This document shows, piece by piece, positions 1-12,289 of a DNA stretch of 64,000 bases (positions within the stretch are counted from its first letter, which is position 1; every line of letters begins with the position of its first letter). The position numbers were made by a program, and so were the translations under genes. The DNA is taken from the NCBI RefSeq assembly GCF_006345805.1, contig NC_043006.1:4030001-4094000 (forward strand), in the 5' to 3' direction. This stretch comes from Octopus sinensis (lineage: Eukaryota). A model generated the notes under the pieces. That model saw only the letters and a program-made list of their open reading frames with translations, searched no databases and was not told the origin of the DNA.

Positions 1-151
1 CCTAAGGAGAACCATGGAGATTTTCAAACCCAAGCGCTTTTTAACCTAATATTTATGTACTATTATTTATAGTTTTATCTACTTCGAGTTTCACATTTCT
101 CCCAAAAGACTGATAAATATATATCCATAAGCGCATATATATATATATATA

Positions 152-197
<46 letters not shown>

Positions 198-323
198 CTG
201 GGTGACTAACTGTACATATGTAGTTCAGATCCTAACTAGTAATACATAAATGTTATATAAGCATACACAACTATACAACACACGTATGCAAAGATATTTG
301 TTAGATGCGTATATAGTATGTAT

Positions 324-369
<46 letters not shown>

Positions 370-667
370 TATATATATATAGGCTTGCCGTTTTAGACAG
401 GAATAACTCAAAGCGTATTAGAGAATTCGACACCTAGGAAGGGGGTAATTATATAGTTAATGTATATTTGATCGCACTGACTGTGCATCTGTGTTACACA
501 CGAAGTCATGCACATACATCCCCACATGCGTTAACGTATACACACAGATGTACACATACAACACTATATTTTACATATAACATACATGATACATAGATAC
601 GTATACAACATATGTGTGTATGTGTGCGTTGTGTGTGTCGATAAATATATATACGCAATATAGTATC

Positions 668-715
<48 letters not shown>

Positions 716-1192
716 TATATACTATATGCATGTACATATGTATGTATGCATGTATGTATGTATGTATGTATGTATGTATGTATATAGAAATTTTGAAATA
801 TCACCCAAAAGTTACAAAACTGCGTAAAAAGTAACAAAGAGAAGAGAATACATTGCTCCCGTTAATCAAATTTTTCCGAATAGTTTTAAAATCCCTTTGT
901 TTCAAGATACATGATTGTATATTCCAAAGTACGTTATTACATACAGGTTTCACTTCTCATGAGCGGTATTCATCATAGTCTAACCGTGTAATTCCTGACT
1001 GTTAGCCGTAAGGTATAATATTATATAGTGTATTGAGCAGAAGAAGCCTCCATATAGACGCACGTGGTAACAAAAAATAAGGATATATATATGCGAGTCA
1101 CCTATTTTTTGTTACAAGTACACTATTTAACAGGACAGATAGCTTTGTGTTCTTTAAATATCCAGACATTCAAAGTGAAGATAGATAGATAG

Positions 1193-1292
1193 NNNNNNNN
1201 NNNNNNNNNNNNNNNNNNNNNNNNNNNNNNNNNNNNNNNNNNNNNNNNNNNNNNNNNNNNNNNNNNNNNNNNNNNNNNNNNNNNNNNNNNNN
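1193..1292. other. Assembly gap, 100 N
   Basis: Exactly 100 N, typical of a scaffolding gap of unknown size. Confidence 0.99.
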
Positions 1293-1699
1293 ATAAAGAG
1301 AAAAATAAAAGAGACAATAAACATATATATATATATTTATATACACACACAGCTCGCCAAAACACGTAGTGGTTTGGGGCAAGTCTAGGGCATTCGTTCA
1401 TGATATGGTTTCATCCACTCTATTGCAGATGCGGCACAACGGAGACAGCTGCTCATTCCTTTGGCTGACCCTTCAGTTCGTGGCCAAAGCTTGGTCTTTC
1501 ACTGCCATTATTATTATTTTGGTTTGGCTCAGGCTCAGTCTTATTCCTGGAAGGAATTATGTGGATAGCTAGCTACTACCTGTAACCTTAGGTTTTCAGC
1601 AGTCTTTCAAGTGCTTAGAACCCTCCTAATAATCCTTGCTGTCCCTAAGAGTCAAACTTTCCATAGGAGCTTTAACGGGCATTCTATTTCAAGAAAAAG

Positions 1700-2200
1700 T
1701 GATCTGAAAGGATACACTGAGGCATTGATATGCAGTGCCCAGGAACAAACTCTGAGAACTAATTACACCAAGTTCTAAATAGACAAGAATAGTGAATTGC
1801 TCCTTTGTAGGATGTGTGGTAGCAGAAACGAAACAATCTCACTTATTGTGAGAGGGTGTAGGAAGCTGGCCCAAAAGCATTATAAAAGGAAGCACGATAA
1901 CGTGGCTAAGTTTGTCCACTGGAGGCTATGTGAAAAGTACGGCCTGAACAGAGCACGGAAATGCTACGAACATGAACAAGAAGGAGTCACCAAGAACAAG
2001 TAACATAAAATACTGTGGGATTTTACAATCCATTGTGAATCCTTAATCGAGACTCGGAGACCAGATATTGCTGTGGTAGATAAAGGAAGAAAGGAAACCA
2101 AGATCACAGATATTGCAACACCTAGAGATGCGTGCATGAGTGACAAAGAACTAGAAAAGATAGAAAAGTACAGACTACTAGAAAGAGGAAATTGCAAAAT
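1700..2200 (+). mobile_element. Degenerate R4/Dong-type LINE fragment (CCHC finger/RLE region)
   Basis: ORF 1797-2003 reads CRMCGSRNETISLIVRGCRKLAQKHYKRKHDNVA, followed by an out-of-frame ILWDFTI..RRPDIAVVD. Confidence 0.75.
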
Positions 2201-2661
2201 TTGAGATTGGTATTTGGATGTTGAATGCCTCTCGCGATAATTAACAACCAAGTATCAAAGCTTATAATGTGTGCAAAGAGACTCTGTGGGACCTCTGACA
2301 GCAGGCGGCAGTCCGCTCTCACAAAATCTACCAGAACAAACAAGACCGAATGTTCTGAGAAGTAAAACAAGACAATAATAGTATTTTTCTACAAGAGGCA
2401 CAATAGCAGAAATTTGTGGGGAGGGGACCAGTAGATTCCATCAATCAGAGTGTTCAACTGGTGCTTATTTCATCAACCTCGAAAGAATGAAAGACAAAGC
2501 CAACCTCAATGGAATTTGAACTCAGAACGTGAAGGCAGACAAAACACCACTAAGCTTTTTGCCCGGAGTGTTAACGATTCTACCAGCTCACTACCTGAAT
2601 AATAATAATAATAATAATAATAGTAATAATAATAATAATAATAATAATTATTATTATTATT

Positions 2662-4277
2662 ATGGATTTACCAAAGAAATAGATATGAAATTTGGATTAG
2701 AAAAATGCACCAAAGTAACCCTGAAAAGAGGAAAACTAGTTAAGAGTAACAACATCACACTAGATAAAAACCAATGAAATAAAAGAATTAGACCAAAGCC
2801 AAACTTACAAATACTTAGGAATCCATGAACTAGATAAGACACAACACACACAAATGAAAGAGAAAATAAAAAAAGAATATTATAGACGATTTAGATCAAT
2901 ACTAAAACAGAGCTCAATGCTAAAAACAAGATAATAGGTATCAACACTTTAGCTGTCCCAGTTATAAGTTACAGCTACAATATCCGTAACTGGACACGAA
3001 CTGAACTGACCAAATAGATAGGAAAACAAGAAAGGTAATGACAGGATCTAGGATGCATCCCCAAAACTGACATAAAAAGACTATATTACAACGTATAGAA
3101 GGTGTAGAGGCCTTATACGCTGGAAAACTACTATAAAATAACCACCATAGGACTGCAAAAATATCTACTTCAGAAGGAAGGAAAACTGATCCAGATAGCG
3201 GCAAAACACGAGCAAAACAAAAACTGTTCTCAGTATTTAAGGAAGCTGACAAATACAACACGAGAAATCATACCACCTAATAAACATGAAGAAGAAGAAG
3301 AAGAAAAGAAGAAGAAGAAGAGAAGAAGAAGAAGAAGAAGAAGAAGAAGAGAAGAAACAACAAACTATAAAACAAATGAAATCCAAACTAAAAATAGAAC
3401 AGCACGAACAATATAAAACGATGGCAAGAAAAGCCCCTTCATGGTAAATACTGGACTAAACTAAACGCAAAAGAAATAGACAAAGAAAATCCCAGCAATG
3501 GTTGAGAGCTCAGGACTCAAAGCAGAAACAGAGGGATTTTTAATTGCAGCACAAACCAAAGCCTCCCCACCAGAAATTACCAAAAACATGTAATGAAAAG
3601 AAATATTACAAGTAACTGCAGAATATGTGGAGATGGACAAGAAACAATAAATCATATTATCTCTAGCTGCCCAGTCCTGGCTAAGAAGGAATATATTCAC
3701 AGACATGACAGAGTTGGAACTTACATATATTGGAAGCTATGCCAACATTATGGAATAACAACAGAAAAAAGATGGTATAGGCACACACCAGAAAAGGTCA
3801 CAGAAAACGAGAAAGCAACCATACTCTGGGATATGCCGATACACACAGATAGCGAAATTAAGTCCAACAGACCAGATGCAGTTGTCAGAGATCATGAAGA
3901 AAAAAAATGCTTTCTAATTGATGTATCAATACCGGCAGATGACAACGTGTCTCTAAAAGAAATGGAGAAACTCTCAAAATACAAAGACTGGAAATAGAGG
4001 TAACTAGAATGTGGAATCTGAAAACAGAAACAATTCCTATCATAGTAGGTGCATTAGGCATGATAAAAAAATATTCAGACAAATACATAACAAAAACACC
4101 AGGACTTACAACACATATAACATACAGAAAATTGCACTACTAGGCACTGCACACATCCTACGCAGAACACTTTCCATACAATAACCATCAGAGCATCACA
4201 ACAAATCACAGCACATACCCAAGCACACAGAGCTGCGCTTGGTAGTGAAGTGAAAGCACTCTATAAAAATAAAACTA

Positions 4278-4280
<3 letters not shown>
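2662..4280 (+). mobile_element. R4/Dong LINE, 5'-truncated and frameshifted (copy A)
   Basis: Near-identical to 26060-27626. CRICGDGQETINHIISSC finger and RPD..IDVSIP endonuclease; ends aaaactactg followed by (AAT)n. Confidence 0.92.
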
Positions 4281-4334
<54 letters not shown>

Positions 4335-4335
<1 letters not shown>

Positions 4336-6584
4336 TCGCAAAGGTTGAACAAGCACCTGGATGAAAACAACCTGTTTCCAGAAGAGCAGAAAGGATGCTG
4401 CAAAGGCTCATATGGCTGTAAAGATCAACTAATGATCAATAAAGCCGTAACTGAAGACAGCTACAGAAAGAAGAAAGGCCTCACTATGGCCTGGATCGAC
4501 TACAAAAAGGCGTTTGATAGCATCCCCCCCCACACATGGATCTTCGAAACACTAGCCATTAACAAAGTAGCACCAACAATCATAGAATTCATAGGGCACT
4601 CTATGAATAAATGGCAAACAGTGCTACAGCTCCAAACAAAAGAGGGACTCATGAAAACCAAAGCCATCCCCATTAGAAAAGGAATATTCCAGAGAGACAC
4701 GCTCTCTCCACTCCTTTTCTGCTTGGCACTGTCACCTCTATCTGATATGCTAAATAGAACTGAATGTGGATATAAATGTTACGGCAAAATGATCAGCCAC
4801 CTTTTATATATGGATGACCTAAAACTATACGCTGCAAATGACAAACAGCTGGAAACACTACTAAAGACAGTTCATGAATTTACCAAAGAAATAGATATGA
4901 AATTTGGATTAGAAAAATGCGCCAAAGTAACCCTGAAAAGAGGAAAACTAATTAAGAGTAGCAACATCACACTAGATAAAACCAATGAAATAAAAGAATT
5001 AGACCAAAGCCAAACTTACAAATACTTAGGAATCCATGAACTAGATAAGACACAACACAACACAAATGAAAGAGAAAATAAAGAAAGAATACTATAGACG
5101 AGTTAGATCAATACTAAAAACAGAGCTCAATGCTAAAGACAAGATAATATGTATTAACACTTTAGCCGTCCCAGTTATAAGTTACAGCTACAATATCCTT
5201 AAATGGACGCTAAATGAACTAACTAAAATAGATAGGAAAACAAGAAAAGTAATGACAGGATCTAGGATGCATCACCCAAAATCTGACATAGAAAGGCTAT
5301 ATATACAACGTATAGAAGGTGGTAGAGGCCTTATACAGCTGGAAAACTACTATAAAATAACCACCATAGGACTGCAAAAATATCTACTTCAGAAGGAAGG
5401 AAAACTGATCCAGATAGCGGCAAAACAAAAAACTGTTCTCAGTATTTAAGGAAGCTGACAAATACAAACAAGAAATCATACCACCTAACAAATATGAAGA
5501 AGAAGAAGAAGAAGAAGAAGAAGAAGAAGAGAAGAAGAAGAAGAAGAAGAAAGAAGAAGAAGAAGAAGAAGAAGAAGAAGAAAGAAGAAGAAGAAGAAGA
5601 AGAAGAAGAAGAAGAAGAAGAAGAAGAAGAAGAAGAAGAAGAAGAAGAAGAAAACACAACAAAAGCTATAAACAAATGAAATCAAAACTAAAACTAGAAC
5701 AGCAACAGACCATGATAAAACGATGGCAAGAAAAGCCCCTTCATGGTAAATACTGGACTAAACTAAACGCAAAAGAAATAGACAAAGAAAAATCCCAGCA
5801 ATGGTTGAGAAGCTCAGGCATCAAAGCAGAGACAGAGGGATTTTTAATTGCAGCACAAGACCAAAGCCTCCCCACCAGAAATTACCAAAAACATGTAATG
5901 AAAAGAAATATAATAAGTAACTGCAGAATATGTGGAGATGGACAAGAAACAATAAATCATATTATCTCTAGCTGCCCAGTCCTGGCTAAGAAGGAATATA
6001 TTCACAGCCACGACAGAGTTGGGACCTACATACACTGGAAGCTATGCCAACATTATGGAATAACAACAGAAAAAAGATGGTATAAGCACACACCAGAAAA
6101 GGTCACAGAAAACGAGAAAGCAACCATACTCTGGGATATGCCAATACACACAGATAGAGAAATTAAGGCCAACAGACCAGATATAGTTGTCAGAGATCAT
6201 GAAGAAAAAAAATGCTTTCTAATTGATATATCAATACCAGCGGATGACAACGTGTCTCTAAAAGAAATGGACAAACTTTCAAAATACAAAGACCTGGAAA
6301 TAGAGGTAACTAGAATGTGAAATCTAAAAACAGAAACAATTCCTATCATAGTAGGTGCATTAGGCATGATAAAAAAATATTCAGACAAATACATAACAAA
6401 AACACCAGGACTTACACATATAACATACAGAAAATTGCACTGCTAGACACTGTACACATCCTACGCAGAACACTTTCAATACAGTAACCATCAGAGCATC
6501 ACAACAAATCACAGCACATACCCAAGGCACCCAGAACTGCGCTCGGTAGTGAAGTGAAAGCACGCTATAAAAATAAAATTACTG
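4335..6584 (+). mobile_element. R4/Dong LINE, 5'-truncated (copy B)
   Basis: RT motifs (IDYKKAFDS, LLYMDDLKL) in ORF 4345-5097; finger and RLE in 5676-6320. Expanded internal (GAA)n at about 5495-5652. Flanked by (TAA)n on both sides. Confidence 0.94.
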
Positions 6585-6602
6585 AATAATAATAATAATA
6601 AT

Positions 6603-7163
6603 CATAAATGCCCTGATGAAGTACCAAGCAGTGGCTCTCTTGGCTTCTGATCTTAACTGCTTGGAAATGTTATCATGTACATTGTTTTGTCTTGGTATAA
6701 AAGATGGGCTACAGCAAGTATTCTGCTCAATACCACAGATTTGCTCATCAGTCACTTGATCTTAACCAGTTGAGCATGTCCCTTAGTGGCTGACGATATG
6801 TGCATCTCTGATAACGAACAGATGTAGTGAGGGAGCATCATAGCCTTGTGTTGAGAGGAAGCCTTTGAGGCTTAGATAATTCACCTTTGGAAACATGGGT
6901 GTTTTGTTCAATATCCTTAAATAACCCTAATTCAAGGACCTTTTGAGTGGGATGGGCTACTCAATCTGGAAAAAATTTCAACTGGTCCCCAACAGCAAAG
7001 TAATGTGCTGTTTATCTTGATATGAAATAACCCCGTCGCGCACATATGGTTGTGATGCATGTACCTGGTGTACTCTTATCAGACGGGTAGTCACGATGGG
7101 TATAATGGCCTTCGTGTATTTTAATCCAGTGTTGCTTTCATCGCATGCACTGCTCTCTCACTC
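6603..7163 (+). repeat. (TAA)-bounded non-coding interspersed element, about 560 bp (longer copy)
   Basis: Homologous to 27674-28138 and 28205-28670; ends ctctctcactc followed by (AAT)n. Orientation assumed from the tail. Confidence 0.8.
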
Positions 7164-7658
7164 AATAATAATAATAATAATAATATAATAATAATAATAA
7201 TAATAATAATGATTTCCTTATTAACCACAATGGTTTACATTAAGAAAAACATTATGGACAGCACAGGACAAAACAAAGAATGTGTGTGTGTGTGTGTGTG
7301 TGTATGTGAAAGAGTGTGTTGTCAGGATTTTGTGTGTAAATAAGACTAACAACAACAACAACAACGACAATAATAATAATAATAATGGTTTCAAATTTTG
7401 GCACAAGGCTAGCAATTTTAAGGGAAGAGGGGCAAGTCTATTACATCGATTCCAGTGTTCATCTGGTTCTTATTTTATCGACCTTGAAAGGGCGAAATGC
7501 CAATCAAATAAGAGTATTTTATGATGGAATATTGAATAGTTTAGAATACATAACATCGTCAAGTTAAGCACTCAATATTCGTCATTTCGCCAGATATCAT
7601 CAACATCATCATCATCATCTTGCACAATGTACAATGAAGTTAACTATACAGGACTTAC

Positions 7659-7886
7659 CTGGTAATTGCTGGTAAGGTCACCAAGTTTCCTTTTTCAACA
7701 GCCTTGTTAAAACAATCAGCGCCTATTGTTTCCATTGCAATAACTGGGAGGTCCTCCCAACCAACTTTTTTCAAACCATCTAATACCCCATTCAGAAGGC
7801 CACCACCGCCAACACATGTCACCACTACGTCTGGTTTGGATTCTAGCTGCTGTTCACATTCCGTTATGATAGAACTGTGTCCCTCC
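7659..7886 (-). CDS. SDS: SDS-like coding exon 5
   Basis: Acceptor tctgtttcag|, donor AG|GTAAGT; 228 nt, phase 2 to 2. Translates (W)EGHSSIITECEQQLESKPDVVVTCVGGGGLLNGVLDGLKKVGWEDLPVIAMETIGADCFNKAVEKGNLVTLPAIT(S), with the VGGGGL phosphate loop. Confidence 0.95.
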
Positions 7887-8125
7887 CTGAAACAGACCAG
7901 TGAAGATGTTAGAACATATATATATATATATTATATAATCAAAAGGGTAATAATATAGATTACTACCAGTGGCCCAGCACAAAGGACGAATTAGTCATTA
8001 GACAAAATATCATTCATATAGAAAAATATCATTCATGTAGAAATATAATTAAGGGCTCCTAAATAAGGATGCCATATATATATATATATATGTATGTATA
8101 AGGGTGAAAAGGAACACACGAGTTG

Positions 8126-8400
8126 ATATATATGAAAAAACAAGTCAAAATAGAAAATGCTAAAATAATTTTATAAAGAACATTTCAGGGAAACAAGGAA
8201 GTCAGAGAAAGGCAGAATGCCACTTATATTTGAACACTATACAAATATTCCTTTAAAAAAACTTTTCTTCTAATTTTATAAAATTTAATTATTTAATCGT
8301 TACAGTTGAAAAGGTCTCAAAATGACCGAAACCGATACTGAAATGTTCTTTATAAAATTATTTTAGCATTTTCTATTTTGACTTGTTTTTTCATATATAT
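8126..8400. repeat. Perfect 63-bp inverted repeat (8126-8188 / 8338-8400) with a degenerate hammerhead; Penelope-like remnant
   Basis: Arms are exact reverse complements. 8301-8342 reads tacag-TTGAAAA-GGTC..GACC-GAAA-CCGATA-ctgaa. (TA)n flanks. Confidence 0.6.
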
Positions 8401-8652
8401 ATATATATATGCACACATACATACATGTGTATATCCAAGAACGTGTATTTGAAAAGATAATCAATCGAAAGCGCTCACACACGCTAGAAAGAAACTTCTT
8501 CATAAAAGGTTAGCGACGGTCTGATAAAGAATTTACAACCTTGTTGTAGACAAATAAATTTTTTAAAGAAATCTCTTTTATACTTGGTATCAAATAATTT
8601 TCACAAAATCTTTTAAATATGTATTGTATCTATCTATCTATCTGTCCATATG

Positions 8653-8700
<48 letters not shown>

Positions 8701-9024
8701 AATTTATAGAAAAACAAAAGATGAAGACGTGTATGAACAACAAGCAAGTGTATTAATTTGACTTTTACATTTCGAGCCTTCGCTCTTCAGCAGAAAGGAA
8801 TAAGAGGAAATAAACATGTATGATGAATAGCTAGGGATAAAGTATCCAGGCGGGTACTGTACGAGTACTCAATTATAATCCGAGTTCTGGCTAACAGCAT
8901 CGAATTGTAAAGAACACCAACGATTACTTAAGGTAAGCAATCCCAATATAACTCATCCAATAGGTAAATCTTTGGTTCACTTTGTTGGATTATGAATATT
9001 TTACTTGGTGTATATCCAAGACAG

Positions 9025-9410
9025 TGGAGGCGCAATGGCCCAGTGGTTAGGGCAGCGGACTCGCGGTCATAGGATCGCGATTTCGATTCCCAGACCGGGC
9101 GTTGTGAGTGTTTATTGAGCGAAAACACCTAAAGCTCTACGAGGCTCCGGCAGGGGATGGTGGTGATCCCTGCTGTACTCTTTCACCACAACTTTCTCTC
9201 ACTCTTACTTCCTGTTTCTGTTGTACCTGTATTTCAAAGGGCCGGCCTTGTCACTCTCTGTGTCACGCTGAATATCCCGGAGAACTACGTTAAGGGTACA
9301 CGTGTCTGTGGAGTGCTCGGCCACTTACACGTTAATTTCACGAGCAGGCTGTTCCGTTGATTCGGATCAACCGGAACCCTCGTCGTCGTAACCGATGGAG
9401 TGCTTCCATC
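9025..9410 (+). mobile_element. tRNA-derived SINE
   Basis: A box tggcccagtgg and B box tttcgattcc. A related diverged copy lies at about 16020-16325. Confidence 0.8.
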
Positions 9411-9617
9411 CATATCCAAGACTATTACATTCTATGTGGAGATTAATACATCTGCATACTTTTTATTTCTATAGTCAATTATACAAAAAAATTTGGTTTA
9501 AATTTTGTCTGACGTATGTTTCTGCTGCACAGACAACTGACAATTGCATTTGCATCCAGTCACTTTCGCCTGGTTAGCAGTTTATGCAACTTTAAACTGG
9601 ATGTAAATGCAATTGTT

Positions 9618-9619
<2 letters not shown>

Positions 9620-9653
<34 letters not shown>

Positions 9654-10082
9654 TGTGTACAGTGCTCAGGTGCACTACAACTCATCTAAAGTGTATATAT
9701 AATCAGGTGTAGTTTTGGCGGATTTCGGAAAGCATGAGGGCCTTAAAGGATGCAGTGTCATGGCAGTCAACAACTGACGCAGGCAGTTTATTCCATGCTT
9801 CAGCAACTCTGAGCGTGAAAAAATGTTTCCGAAAGTCATGGGAGCTGTGCTGTTTTCTGGCTTTGTAGGCATGTCCACCTGTGTTAGACACATGGAGATC
9901 AAAAAGGTGTTCAGTGTTGTTGTTGGTGAGGTGGTTGATAACTTTGTGGGTGTTTACCAAGTCCATCGCCAGACGCCGGAGCTTCAGTGAATCCATGCCC
10001 AGGGAAACAAGGCGCTCAGAATATGGTAGGTGTCTGATGGAGGGTATGCAGTAGAATCGTGCGTTGGACAAATTTAAACAAA
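9620..10082 (-). mobile_element. CR1/L2-type LINE 3' fragment
   Basis: ORF 9703-10140 contains LPYSERLVSLGMDSLKLRRL..FFTLRVAEAWNKLP; (TTA)n tail. Confidence 0.85.
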
Positions 10083-10479
10083 ATATACTGTATAATTGAA
10101 TGTAGAAATGAAGAGAATATAGCTGTACTATTTTCTGCATTCATTGTAACAGATATATATACAGTGCGAAAGACAGAGAGATGGGGAGAGAGTGAACCAT
10201 GCAACATAAATCCTTGATTTATCAAAATTACGTTCGTCTGTAAGGGACATGTCAATTGGCTATTGAATCGGTTTCCAAATGGCTATTGAAACCAGCTCCA
10301 TATGAGAAGGAAAGATAATCTTGAGAATATAGAATTCTCTAAAAGAAAATGGTAGTTTTATTGTGTGAAGGTAAGAGGACTGTCGTGAATATGTGTTTTA
10401 TGTATGTATATGTGTATGTATGCATATGTGTGTATATATATGCATACATACGTAATATGTATGTATGTATGTGTAGTCA

Positions 10480-11065
10480 GTCCACCTGTGCATACCTTCC
10501 TGCTTGTGACACTTGTGAAGACCTGTTGAGGCAAGTCAAATCAAAGTCAAACCGAATCAAGTCAAACCAAATCAAAATAGATGAACATCAATGGAATTTG
10601 TATCCTTGTGGTACCAGTGCCGGTGGCACATAAGAAAACCATCCCAACGGGACCGTAGCCAGTACCGCATCGACTGGCCTCCGTGCCGTGGGCACGTAAC
10701 AAACACAATCCGATTGTAGCCGTTCACCAGCCTCGTCTGGCAGCTGTGTCGGTGGCACATAAGAAAAACACCGAAAACACCATATCTGAGCGTGGCCATC
10801 TGGCACCTGTGTCGGTGGCACATAAAAAGCACCATCCGAGCATGGCCGTCTGCCAGCCTCGTCTGGTACCTGTGTCGGTGGCACATAAAATCACCCACTA
10901 CACTCTCGGAGTGGTTGGCGTTAGGAAGGGCATCCAGCTGTAGAAACACTGCCAGATCTGACTGGCCTGGTGTAGCCTTCGGGCTTGCCAGACCCCAGTT
11001 GAACTGTCCAACCCATGCTAGCATGGAAAGCGGACGTTAAACGATGATGATGATGATGATGATGA
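10480..11065 (+). mobile_element. 3' UTR fragment of the RTE LINE family at 33812-36420, with internal tandem units and (TGA)n tail
   Basis: Matches the reverse complement of 33812-34400; repeated ggtggcacataa..aaa units about 60-70 bp apart. Confidence 0.8.
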
Positions 11066-11910
11066 TATACATATATATACATACATATTACACGTGTGTG
11101 AGTATGTGAATATATATATATATATAGAGAGAGAGAGCAAGCGAGAGAGAGGCAGAGCGACAACTAGAGACAAAGTCAAAACAAAGAAGACACACATAAT
11201 CCCGCACTAAGCTGCCAGAGGAGGGATGTGTTGAATGTTAACAGCAGAAGTGTTAATCTCTATCAACCCAAGTGGGCAGCGTTTACCTTGAATAAAGAAG
11301 CACCAGTGACATAGAGAGAAGAGATTGCATACATAGACTACTACGAGTTCTCCTCAAAATATAGCTTGTCCAGGTCTGCATAATGTTAATAGTAGAAGGA
11401 TTCGAACTCAGGATGCAGAGAACCAGAACAAATAATATGTCATCCCATCCCAGTATTTTTCCTGTCTCTGACGTAATGTGATTTGCGGTAAGTTTGACTG
11501 CTTCCTCCAGCTGGTCGCCTATTAAGGTGGTAATGACTTCTCTTGACTTTTTTCCCCCGAGAGCTTACCCTAATCCAACTTAAATTGATTAGTTACTTGG
11601 TGAATAAAGATTAATTTCTTTAATCTAATCGAAACCGCTCAGTGCGGAATTATTTGGTCACTGGAGCGAAACATTTTAGTCAGCTGTGTTCTTTTTTATA
11701 TGAAATAGAGACATATATTTGTAGCTAAGTGGGTGACAAGATACTTAATGCTTGGAACATTAAATACCCATAGTCTACTAGAAAATAAGCGATTAAAAGT
11801 AAATAATATTTATTAAAGTCAAATTGGTAAGCTGGGGAAAAGAATAAACTTGTCACTTGGTGAAAGACAAATGGCGACAAGTCTATGATTTAATATTGTT
11901 TCTGTTGAAT

Positions 11911-12122
11911 AAGGCGGAGAACTGACAGAATCGTTAGCATACTGGGTAAAATGCTTAGCAGTTTTTCATCCATCTTTACAATCGGAGTTTAAATACTACC
12001 GAGGTCGACTTTGCCTTTCATCCTTTTGGGGTCGATAAAATAAGTACCAGCTGAACGCTGGAGTCGATGTAATCAACTTCCCTTGAAATTCCTGGTCTTG
12101 TGCCAAAATTTGAAAGCAATAT
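11911..12122 (+). mobile_element. tRNA-derived SINE with a GCCTTTCATCCTTTCGGGGTCGATAAA central domain (Meta/Sauria-like, from recall)
   Basis: Central domain seen directly. Same family at about 2395-2595(-), 7385-7510(-), 15450-15660(-), 19525-19745(-), 20585-20790(-), 21560-21660(-), 29415-29545(-), 29778-29982(+) and 36530-36860(-). Confidence 0.75.
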
Positions 12123-12289
12123 TGTCGCCGTTGAATAGATTACGTAAGCCCGGATTCAGCAGATCTATTGTTAAATGTTTCCCAGCCAGAAGCATTCCAT
12201 CTCTTATATAGAGTACATTGGTCTGCAATATCCAATATATTTTACCATATTTTTAAAATATGTTATTGTGTAATTTGAGACTTGTTTGA

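Noticed and set aside
1-60. Possible next SDS exon after a minus-strand AG near position 47
   Set aside because: The required phase gives a stop within seven codons and no SDS similarity.
5384-5685. Poly-E/K/L/S/F ORFs
   Set aside because: Products of the expanded (GAA)n tract.
6613-6675. CTGATGA followed by a 9-bp hairpin and GAAA (hammerhead-like)
   Set aside because: GAAA overlaps the stem, four unpaired nt follow the core, and no stem I can form.
8745-8800. Minus-strand CTGAAGA-GCGAAGGCTC-GAAATGT motif
   Set aside because: Probably a decayed Penelope-type tail, but stems I and II do not pair in register, so it was not called.
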